From assembly GCF_963676685.1 (NCBI RefSeq), contig NC_092353.1, positions 38,068,001 through 38,132,000 of the forward strand: DNA of 64,000 nt, given 5' to 3'. The notes below the pieces were generated by a model. That model made no database searches, was not told where the DNA came from, and saw only the letters and a program-made list of their open reading frames with translations. Source of the stretch: Mytilus edulis (taxonomy: Eukaryota). Each line of letters begins with the position of its first letter. Within the stretch, counting starts at the first letter, position 1. The position numbers and the translations under genes are program-made. Shown here one piece after another: positions 38,875 to 50,100 of this stretch.

Positions 38875-39099
38875 TTAATGATAATTTTTGAATTTAAAAA
38901 AAAAATGTATAGATGATTCAAAACTTAAAAAAGGAAAATAATTAGAAGGATTAGAAAAAAGGGGGTCATTGTTGAAGATGCAGGTGAGTAACACAGACTC
39001 TTTAGTGCCTCTTGTTACATGTTAAAAGCATATTTTGTCTTTGACTGCTTTTCATTGTATGATCTTCTATCATTGATTGCTCATAAAAGGTTTTAATAC

Positions 39100-39318
39100 C
39101 TCATTGGGGGGTTTCGATCCCGGATCCCGCTTACTGTTTTGTCAGATTCCCGTATCCTGCTAACACTATGTACGTAAGCAATTCTCACTTTTTTGTCATT
39201 TCCCGGGTCCCGCTAGACCTCATTTCCCATTTTCACGACACAATAATTGGACTTTAACATATCCTGCTTACAAAAAATCAGCAATCCCACGTCACGCTTA
39301 GACCCCAATGAGACCCAC
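39100..39318. mobile_element. MITE at the copy B / copy C junction, left TIR clipped
   Basis: ctcattgggg ... ccccaatgagaccc; internal tcccg motifs. Confidence 0.75.
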
Positions 39319-39631
39319 TATTAAGAACTACGCTGTCTGTGTCATTTTAGGTGTCAACTTTTTAATTTCTTGAAAGATATCTATTATATTATGCTTTAAA
39401 TGTTGTCCCCAATCAGATAGTATGATGTGAATATCTGCAGATATCTTATTCTTTGTGTATTTTTTTGTTTCCTGTCTCATTGAAATATGCCACATAAAAC
39501 CTACATAACATTATTGGTTTGGAAAAGAGTTATCTCCCATGATAAATAATTTCTTCATTCAAGTAAATATAAGTTATCTCCCTTTTATTGTAATTTTTAA
39601 TTGACATATGGGACGACATCAAAAGTTCAAT

Positions 39632-39975
39632 TAATGAATGGCTGTTATTTATTTTGAATTTATTGAACCATAAAATTAATTTTTGACTCTTCACATTGAA
39701 TAATCCGCGAAGCGGATTATGTTAAATGTGAAGAGTCAAAAATTAATTTTATGGTTCAATAAATTCAAAATAAATTATTGCCATTCATTATAAATAAATT
39801 TCTATCAAAAATTAGGCTCAAAGATATATATTGATACGAATAACAACGTACACAGATGTTTGCGTATGAATACACAACGTTAGAGTGGGCGTGTCTTCAT
39901 AAAAATTGATAACATTGAAAATAAAGCTAATTCTTTTAACCAATCAGAAGACAGTAAATACACCAAATTTATTTA
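39632..39975. mobile_element. Element with a 159-bp terminal palindrome (Crypton-like architecture), nested in another MITE (~39610-40170)
   Basis: taatgaatggc...gccattcatta (39632-39790) centred on tccgc-gaa-gcgga; then taaataaattt ... accaatca ... aaatttattta. Absent from copies A and B. Confidence 0.6.
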
Positions 39976-40741
39976 TTGTAGGATAAAAAACTTAATTCAT
40001 ATAGTTTTTTTCATTGACCCCCTCCCTCCCCTCCCCCTATCCCCCACCCAACCCTTTTTTAACTTAATTTGGGAAAAATTGATTAACCATTAAGGATTAT
40101 ATAAAATCGATGTCAATTAAACAAAACTTTCAGCAAGTTTGACCCCCCCACCCACCCCCTAAGTATTTAACTATTTGAATAATTATTTTTATCCTTTATT
40201 GGTTTAATAAATTGTTTATACAATACATCTGATGAAACTTTGCTATACATTTTTTATAATCATCTTATAAAACCTTTCTATACATTTCTTATAATTATTT
40301 TATAAAACCCTGCTTTACATTTCTTATAAAGCCTTGCTATACATTTCTTAAAATCATCTTTTAATATAAAACCTTTCTATACATTTCTTATATTTATCTT
40401 TTAAAACCTCATTTCTTATATTCATCTTATAAAACCTTGCTTTACATATCTTATAAATCATCTTATGATATAAATTATTGCAGATTAAACACATTTTTAA
40501 ATCTAACCTTCACTTAAAAAAGCTCCATGACACAAGTTTGATTTTATATTATACATGTAACATGTTCCAATAAAATGGTATTTATCTTCCATTGCAGCAA
40601 TATATAAATTTTAAATGCATGCACAATTAATACCATATACATGTATATACAAATAAAGAACATTACATTATAAAAAGAGCCCTATGCTTATAATATAAGG
40701 GTACACTTTTTAATCCACTGTTTATACATATATATGTCTCT

Positions 40742-42385
40742 TTAATGATCTTTCCCAGTGTGTATTCTCATATGAACTTTCAGGTTCCAATTCAAAGTGA
40801 ATTCCTTTTCACAAACATTACATTCAAAACCTTTCTCACCAGTGTGTTTTCTTATGTGTATTTTTAATGATTGACTGTGCCTAAAACTTTCACCACACAC
40901 ATCACATGTATAACATTTTTCACTACTATGAATTTTCATGTGTAATTTCAAATTTCCACTTTGAATAAAACCTTTACCACACAAATCACATTTATAACAA
41001 TAATCACCAGTATGTATTCTTTTGTGAACTTTTAAATTGTGTGCATGTTTATAGTTCTTTCCACATATATCACATTTATGAGGTTTTTCATCACTATGTA
41101 CTTGTAAATGTGATATCACATGTTTCTTCTGACCAAAATATTTACCACAAATTTCACATTTGTAAGGCTTTTCACCTGTATGTGTTCTGACATGTGCATT
41201 CAAGTGTGGTTTCTGCCGAAAAGTTTTTCCACACTCATCGCACTTGAAAGGTTTTTCCCCATTGTGTATTCTGGTGTGTAATCGCAAAGTGTCAATGCTT
41301 TTAAATTTTGCATCACATACATCACATGTATAGGGTTTATTATCAGTATGTGTTTTTAAATGTTCTTGTAAATGATGTCCGTGTCTAAAATCTGTACCAC
41401 AAACTTTACACTTGAAAGGTTTTTCACCCGTATGTATTCTCATATGTCCTACTAAGTAATCATTACGAGTAAACCTTTTACCACACTTTTTACACTCATA
41501 TGGTTTGTCACCAGTATGGGTTTTCATATGAGTTTTCAAAGTTTGGCCTGCTTTAAACACTTTAAAACATATATCACATTCAAAAGTATTCCTTGTTTTA
41601 TCCGAATGTATTTTTTTATGGTGTTGAAAGCTTTCTCTCCAAGCAAATGTTTTGTTGCAAACATCACATTTATAAGGCCTTTCACCAGTATGTATTCTCT
41701 TATGTGACTTTAAGTCAGAACCTTGATTAAACTTTTTACCACAAAACTCACATGAGTGAGGTTCATCGCCTGAATGTAATCTCATGTGGGTTTTTACACC
41801 CACTTTGCGAGAAAAGCCCTTATTGCAGACATCACATTCAAAGGGTTTCTTGCTTGAATGTATAATCATATGAGCCTTTAAATAATTATTTTGTGCAAAG
41901 TCTTTGTTGCATACATCACATTTATATGGTTTGTCACCTGTGTGTATTTGCATGTGCTTTCGTAAAAAAGCTCTCTGTTTTAACTGTTTACCACACACTT
42001 CACATGTGTATAAAGGTCTTTCCTCACCAGCATGTGTTCTCTTATGTCTAGATAATGTACCACTATCACTAAACTCTTTACCACATACATCACATTTATA
42101 TGGTTTCTCACCAGAATGGACTCTCATGTGCATCTTAAAAACATTTCCATAATTAAAATCTTTTCCACATATGTCACATTTATATGGTCGCTCGCCATTG
42201 TGTATTCTCATGTGTGGTGGTAAACTAGTTTTGCTTCTAAACTCTTTATTACAAATTTCACATTTGTATGTTTTTTTCTTTTGAGTATGAGTTTTCAAGT
42301 GTGTTTGAAAGTGGTCCTTTCGACGATACTGTTTGTCACATGAAATGCATTTGTAATTTTTTTTCTCACTATTTTGTGCCATCAT
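40742..42385 (-). CDS. C2H2 zinc-finger array protein, 19 fingers, copy C (all zinc ligands intact)
   Basis: 547 aa ORF with about 30 aa differences from copy A. Finger 9 Cys and canonical linkers are retained. Acceptor at 42641; candidate upstream donor (CG|GTAAGT) at 45778 in unique DNA. Confidence 0.95.
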   Translation of the reverse strand: MMAQNSEKKNYKCISCDKQYRRKDHFQTHLKTHTQKKKTYKCEICNKEFRSKTSLPPHMRIHNGERPYKCDICGKDFNYGNVFKMHMRVHSGEKPYKCDVCGKEFSDSGTLSRHKRTHAGEERPLYTCEVCGKQLKQRAFLRKHMQIHTGDKPYKCDVCNKDFAQNNYLKAHMIIHSSKKPFECDVCNKGFSRKVGVKTHMRLHSGDEPHSCEFCGKKFNQGSDLKSHKRIHTGERPYKCDVCNKTFAWRESFQHHKKIHSDKTRNTFECDICFKVFKAGQTLKTHMKTHTGDKPYECKKCGKRFTRNDYLVGHMRIHTGEKPFKCKVCGTDFRHGHHLQEHLKTHTDNKPYTCDVCDAKFKSIDTLRLHTRIHNGEKPFKCDECGKTFRQKPHLNAHVRTHTGEKPYKCEICGKYFGQKKHVISHLQVHSDEKPHKCDICGKNYKHAHNLKVHKRIHTGDYCYKCDLCGKGFIQSGNLKLHMKIHSSEKCYTCDVCGESFRHSQSLKIHIRKHTGEKGFECNVCEKEFTLNWNLKVHMRIHTGKDH

Positions 42386-43276
42386 TTATGTTGTTACTAA
42401 CACAACTTATCAGTCAATATGGTGTACATTATTGACATTGATAATAACATGACTATAACATCTGTTGTTGCCAATTAGTTAAAAAGTCTGTGACTATATG
42501 ATGCATTGTGTGTTGTGGACAACTTTTCTCATCTTCTTTTCATCGAAAAGTTATCATTAAATAAACTTGTCTACTTTTCCTGGTAGTATCTAATCTGCAG
42601 TATCAGTAAAGCATTTATAGAGTTGACAGTCAAAAGAAAACCTGTAAAAAGATAAAATCAGAATCAAATAAAAAAAAATACAAGAAGTTCAAAAGTACCA
42701 TTGAAAGTTTCATTGAATTTATCATATCATTAAAGGGACACTAGCTACCATATAATATATGATATTTTTTGTTCAATCATTTATGAAAGTAAAATGACAA
42801 TTTGTTTTGGTCAAACAAGGCTCAATAACATTGATGATGAATTATTCACTTGCAAGTGAATACTTCAATCTCATTGAATCTGTATTCTTGTGACCTTCAA
42901 ATTAATCCCTTAACTAGAGATCGATTATGCATGATTTATGCATGTTCAGTCATTAAAAGGAAGAGAATGTCAACATTAAAACATGAAATCAAACAGACAG
43001 AGAAAAATCCAATTGCACAAGGTTGCTATCTGTTTGTCAGTTTTCAGAGGTCATCTCCATAATCAATTAGATGGCATCTAGACTTTAACACGCACAAAAT
43101 TCTGTATACTATCTAGTATATGCATTGTTGACTGTTTCTTTCAGATTTTTATATGTGTTTTACTATATCATAAATCAAATATGAAAATTTAAGTCAAATC
43201 CGTGAACATGATTTTTACAGCTAGTGCCCCATGAAAGATAAACAAATGATAAATACTTTGTATATTATAGTACATA

Positions 43277-44392
43277 TGTAGGACTCTAAAGTGCGATGGG
43301 GACGCTAAAGTACGATGGTCACGCTAAAGTGCGATGGTATACGCTAAAGTTTGATGCCTCCATACGCTAAAGTCCGATGGTCCGCGAAAGTATAGATGTC
43401 AGAAACGTAGTTAGATTATGACGTTAATTGATACAAACTAAAAATGAACTAGCAGGAAGATGAATTACAAATATTGTTTAACAATGTCAATTACTAAATC
43501 AATTAAAACCTAACCGTGCTTTGTCGTCTGAGGCAAATGTGTTCTTTTTTATGCTGGAAAAAAGACTTGTATCCTTCAGTCGACCATTTTACTATTTAGA
43601 TATAAAATAGCATTCGCATAAATATCCTATATCTTGCTTTTATTGGAAGCGAACGAATTCATTGTGTTTGTTGCAGTTTATTTTGCGGTCCCCGTTAAAA
43701 TATTGTCGCTTTTATTGTAACGCCGGTAAAATAAAGGTACAATCATGCTTTAAGCGTAAAGCTTATAAATTGTGGACTTTAAGATCAGTTTGTGCATTGT
43801 AGGAAATTATAACATGTATTTGTACTCGCTACGAAAAAGGATAAATCAAGGCGAACACCGCCGTTTTATCGCACTTATATTAAAGCTTATACAAATAAAT
43901 GTTTATACTTATTCCGACATTGGCCGAATTTTGTATTTGCAATGACGACTGTATGGGGAGGTTTTCACATTATCAATAGACTGTTTATTGCTACACCGAT
44001 TATCCAATACGCCAAAATTGTTAAAACTCATTTACATGAAATACAGTATTTTGTGACAACTTCATTACCTTTATAGCAATTATAACGTGGTCAAACCTTT
44101 AAATTTAGATACAATTAAGCCGTAAATCATAAAGCCTATCACATCGTATGTTATACCTTAGCTTCTAGCTTTTGCAAAACGACTTGTGTTTTAACATCGA
44201 TATATCCGTGTACTTTAATGTTTTAGACTTTACCCTAGTGTTCCATCGTACTTAGCGTGTTTTACCATCGTACTTTAGCAAACAAACAACCATCGCACTT
44301 TAGCGCGACACACCATCATACTTCAGCGTAGACCATCGCACTTTAGCGTGACCATCGCACTTTAGAGTACCATCGCACTTTAGAGTCCTACA
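43277..44392. mobile_element. 1116-bp non-autonomous element with TGT...ACA ends and 4-bp TSD (Ginger-like), copy C only
   Basis: Perfect 23-bp TIR tgtaggactctaaagtgcgatgg; inverted subterminal arrays of a ~20-bp cgctaaagtgcgatgg motif; flanks cata/catg; empty site tagta-catg-tactga at ~3175. Confidence 0.82.
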
Positions 44393-46628
44393 CATGTACT
44401 GAAAATTCAGAAGTTATTGCATGCATTTATTATTGTGATTTTGTCATATTAGACTAAATTGGAATTTTAATTTTTGTGATATTCAGAAAAATTCTGTCAT
44501 ATCTGTTTGATTCATTATTGCGATTATAAACCTGTCATGCCTGTTGTATTTTTTGCAATAATAAAAACATCGCAATAAATCATTTCTCATTATATCATTT
44601 AAATTATATCTCAGCAAAAACACTGCAGGCCTATGGTAAGATTGAACTGTTTGCTATCATTTATAACTTTTAGATGTCTTATAAATTGTTATGTGTCAAA
44701 TAGAACTTGATTGTGGAATATCTGTTTGTCAGGTACAGACATTGACCAGGGTTGTAGCTAAGAATTTTTGAATGGAGCCCAGGAACTAGTTATTTTTGGC
44801 CATGATGAGTCCAACAGCAAGAAGAAAATATTTTATTGCAATAAATGTAATATTTTAGTCTCTATTTCCTAACAGAGCAATGCAATGACATTAAATTCAG
44901 ATCACTTTTAAAGTTTTGCTATAAAATGATGATATTTGTGTTTAACTCATACTGTGTTCAGATTTATATACAAAATATTTCAATCTTGATGCATCTGTGG
45001 ACTCACCAGTTTTGAAAATGGTGGGTCCAGACAGATTTGATGAGTCCAGGACTCATGGACTCGCCTTAGTGAGAACCCTGATTGACACAATCAGTGAAAT
45101 TATCTGCAAAATATAAATGTATGAAGATCAGGACAATAGCCTCAAATTGATCAATATTTTCCCTTAAAAAAATCATACCTTGTCCTTGTCCTTATAAAAG
45201 GCTACAAGACATGTATCTTTTTTAGAAGAATGTACATGTACATGTATGTTCAATGACTCCAGTTTCCTTATGTTTTTATTTTATTTTGTATTTTGTTTTT
45301 AATGTTGCTCAGTATGTATGTAACTTTCCTGAGGAGTTGCACTGACAAACTGTTACAGTAATATACTAGGGTCAACATTTTAATGGCATATTAACCTTTT
45401 TATTTAAGGGGCTTATATAATCCTATTGTAATGGCTGCCGTCATGATAAGGCAAAATGGCCGCTATGCAAATTAGCAAATTACCCCAAATTTTGCCATAT
45501 GAGTCAGCTAAAGTTTGTCTCAGAATGACCCATCTGCGGCATTTAAACTTTTCCAACTTCACAGGTAAGTCTGTACTCAGAGTAGTTTTTGACAAAAATA
45601 CAGCCATATAATGCATATTTGTCCGTTTGTTATGATGAACCTTAAGTTTTAACCTGAGTCACAATGGACGAACCCCACGGATGCCAAGTGATGGCGAAAG
45701 CTAACATGGTCATAGGTGGAATAAAAAGTGAGTTAATGCAAGACGTCAGAATAAGATATTAGCTACTTTAAACTTACCGACGCTAAAAAGCGGTTTGACC
45801 ACCTTGGGGAATGTTAGTAAGGGGGAAAGAAACCAATGTTGATATGTTGAAAACTTTACAAGCAGAAGTGATGTATTATCATAATATATGATGTATAGCT
45901 TTGAATCAACAGAGAGTCTGTGTCACTTTCTTGGATATATTGCATCTTCAATCATGCAGAGGCTCTCAAGAGCCTGAATCTCCTGTTGTTTTTTATTATC
46001 AAAAATGTTAATCAAAGTTTTTCTATTGCTTTTAAATTTTTAATGTCATGATCATTAAAAAGTGTGGATACAAACCAGTGTGGATAGTATCCAGCATTCT
46101 GAAAAAAGTAAAATCACAAAAATACCGAACTCCAAGGACTATTCAAAAAGGAAAGTCCCCAATCAAATGGCAAAATCAAAAGTTAACACATCAAACGAAT
46201 TGACAACAACTGTCATATTCCTGACTTGGTACAGGCATTTTCTTATGTAGAAAATGGTGGATTGAACCTGGTTTTATAGCTAGCGTATTGCATGGCAATT
46301 AGGAAAGGTGAGCTAAAAACAATAAACGAAACACAAATTATATGAACACAACCATAAATGACAACTACACAAATTATTTGATTTTGAGTTGTGCAAGGAG
46401 GTATAAAGTTTATGTCACGGTACATTACGTGTATCCAAACCCTGTCATAAGAACAAACATTCATTTTTTGTAAAAGGTTTTCTGTATGTATCAGTGTGTT
46501 TATTTATTCCAAATTAACTAGAGATACAAAATTTATTGATTTATATCTCACAAAACATGTTTAACTTGCTGAATTTTTGTTAATGTCCTTATTCAGGAAC
46601 ATCGAGGTAGCTTATGTTAGTCTTGTAC

Positions 46629-46662
<34 letters not shown>

Positions 46663-47178
46663 CTCGGTTCATATCTGTTTTGAAGTGTAGTTACACCGAT
46701 TTTTTTTAACTAGCATACATTAATGAATGAGGCCCTAATCTTGCTTCTGGAAGTTGGATTATTTATTGTGTTGAAGGCCCATTGTTAGTCTTAAGCTATT
46801 TTCTGTTTTGTTTTCAGATTGTAACTGTTGTCTCTTTTGACACATTCTTTGTTTATTGTATAAGTCAAAAATGGTATACTTTGCAAAATATTTTGTTTCA
46901 TGATAACCTTTGATGTACATAGATATAGGAAGATATGGTATGAGTGCCAAGCCAATGAGACAACTGTCCACCCAAGTAACAATTTATAAAAGTAAACCAT
47001 TCAGAAGCCTTCATCACGGAGCTTTGACTCACACCGAACAAATTAACAACTTTATTTTTTTTTTTCAAATTCATGTTTTTATTACTATTTTAATTAATCT
47101 CTGCATAAGAATATTTGAGGAGGGAAAAAAACATTCATCTCAAGTTGACAACCTATCAAAAACTCATATATAATAGTG

Positions 47179-50100
47179 TTACACTATTTCAAAGGAGTCT
47201 AGTCCAGTTATCTTAAAACTGACTGATCTAAACCTTGAAAAGTCTTTTGCTTTGACAGCCACTATATGATCTCTGATTGATTTCAACACTGGTGGAAATG
47301 ATTCAAAATTACCTGCAATACTAGCAAGTTCTTTGTCCCACTCCCAATGACTATTAGAGAGCCATGGACGCTTAGAATCTTTGCCAATGACTGTTATCAT
47401 CTCGTTATAAGTTGGAATACAGACAGATTCCTCTAACATCGCTTTGATAAATAAAGCCTCGTGATCTCCATATGGAAAGAAAAGTATATATAGTCTCATA
47501 AGTCCCATGAAAAAAATAGTAGAATATTGAGGTGGCAAAACATACTTGTAGAGATTACATACGACTTTATTTTGTCCAACTTCTAGTAAGCCCTCAGGAA
47601 GGAAAGATAAGTCGTATCTAAACCCTGTACAATAAATTACTGCATCAATCTGTATGACGTCATTATCATCAAGAATAATGGAAGATGATGTAAACCTTTT
47701 AAAACTGGACGTTTTTTCGATAACATTTCCTGGCAATACAGTTGTTAGCTTAGAACCTCTGTGGCATAAATATACCTTCAAAATAAAATAATTATAGAAA
47801 TATTAATAGGAAGCTGTATTGTTTTATATTTAAAATATATATATACTTAGGGTATGAATTTCAAAACTGTAAACATTAAAAAGTGAAAGTTATTACCTGT
47901 TATTTCTCGTATTATATTTTTCGGGAAAAGTCGTAGAAGTCATTTAGTCATGTAAGTTACAAAGAAACAAATCAACAGGAGAAGTTTAGTCTGATGGCCA
48001 AACCCATGACGAACAAATGATCATTGAAATAAAAAATGATAGTAGTTGTGGTATCCTCAGATAATATAAATTTTAAGGTAGATTTTAGACATTATATACA
48101 TAACCACTCCTGTTTTTACATATGCACAATTGTGCTTACCGTTTTTGCATGTTCATAAATGTCGTGACATATATCCATTCCTGAATGACTCGCTCCCAAC
48201 ATGGCTACATTAAGTCCAGCAAACAGTTCTGGGCGTCTGTATTGTATACTATGAATCACCAATCCTTCAAAGTCCTTCTCATTATCAATCATAGGATAGT
48301 TTGGAATGGAACAGTTACTTCAAACATAAAATAAGAAGTGAGCTAATATGAAGTCATTTAATTAAAAAGGAAGTAACTGATAATCGAAAATTAAGGTTTC
48401 TGCTGTTACATTAGACTGTCAAGATTGTAGTTTAAATCTCATATTCTTACTAAAGTCTTTGAAATTACACTTTTTTAGTTATGTAACTGCCTACTTCGGG
48501 CGTACAAAATTTGTGAAGTTTTATTTTAGTAGAAAGCATTTTTTGTTTGGTTTTGCCTTAAAAGATTAAGTTTAAGTGCTATGGGAAAATTGAAAATAGT
48601 TTCCCTTTACCAGTTAAAAAAAGTAGTAAGTATAATAATCTCTTTAAAAATTGAGTGTTTCTGAAGCGCGTATGTTGATTTACCATCTTCAATAAATCGG
48701 CAAAATCATAAAAGCCAATGACGTGTAAAAGGTAAAAATACTGAACTCCGAGGAAAATTCAAAACGGAAAGTCCCTTATCAAATTAATGACAACATCAAA
48801 TGATAAAACACATCAAACGAATGGACAACTATCATATTCCTGACTTGGTACAGGCATTTTCAAACAAATAAAGGCATCGCTGTTCAAAAGTCAAATCGAT
48901 TGCTTGAGAGACAACAAATCCGGGTAACAAACTAAAATCGAGGGAAACACATCAACTTCTAGAAAAAAACAACTGACCAACAGAAACACTGAACAAACGC
49001 CAACATACAAGGAACCAACTATATATTTGTGAACAATTGCCATATTCTTGACTTGATACATGACAGTTTAAGAAATCAGTGGTTGGTTGAATCAGGTTTT
49101 ATGGCTAGCCAAACCTTCTGCTTATATTCATTGGTAGATCCAGGGAGAGGGGTCCGGGGGTTGGAACCCCCTTTTTTGGACGATCAATGCATTTGAATGG
49201 GGACATATAGTTGGACCCCCCGCCCCCGCCACACACACACACACACACAACCACCTTTGTCCTGGGTTGGGAACCCCTCTTTTTAAAATTGCTGGATCCG
49301 CCCCTGAGATTGCAATGAACAAATAATGTATGCTATGGACCTGCATGACTCAATTGACTTAAAGAGAATAAATAGCCAATTGAACCATACACGTTAATTA
49401 AACTTTGTCTGATTGACTTTAAACATTAGTTTGTTGATAATTTCTAAATATACTAATGGAAAATTCAAGAAAGATTTGAAAATCAGACAACAACAAAACT
49501 CATAAGTTGAAGATGGCATGGCCGAAGTCAGAATATACAAGACAGAAAACTATGGTTTAACAATGTAAACCACTCTTAAAACCAAGGCTCAACTCTGATG
49601 GTGAGGAGTTCCTGTTCTGTTAATGTCACCATTTTGCTGAACTCATGTCACGTAGCTAGGATTCTTAGTGGTAATAAGTCGTCAGAGGTCACACCTCAAA
49701 AATTAGGACGAAGGATAAGTCATTAGTAAAATGTCACTGTTTTAAAATAAGACTGGTGCACATGGGACAACGATCTCATTAGACTTTTATCATTTCTATA
49801 TAAGGGTATACCACATTCAGTGATGTTGAAAGGAACCGTAACGTAGGGGCGATAGATACCAGAGAAACAGTCAAACACATACATCGAAAATAAACTGACA
49901 ACGCCATGGCTTAAAATGAAAAAGACAAACAGACAATAATAATACATCAGAACCAACATATAAAAAATAAAGACTGAGCAACACGAACCCTATCAACAAC
50001 TGGGGGTGATTTAGTAAAATATTGGTAAGTAAAACATTATTATATAAGCTTAAGGTACTATTAGATAAAATTTACCCATTACAAACAATAACAGCATCAA

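Larger units (their letters stand above)
24701..39099. repeat. Segmental duplication copy B
   Basis: Direct repeat of 1-15443. Lacks the 6923-7926 and 11286-11906 insertions and carries its own at 38281-38874. Confidence 0.97.
39322..45538. repeat. Older segmental copy C (ZNF plus flanks)
   Basis: Starts taagaactac (equivalent to 24281) and ends gacccatctgcg (equivalent to 6259 / 30955). Lacks ~4152-6097 of copy A; has private insertions at ~39610-40170 and 43277-44392. Confidence 0.92.
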
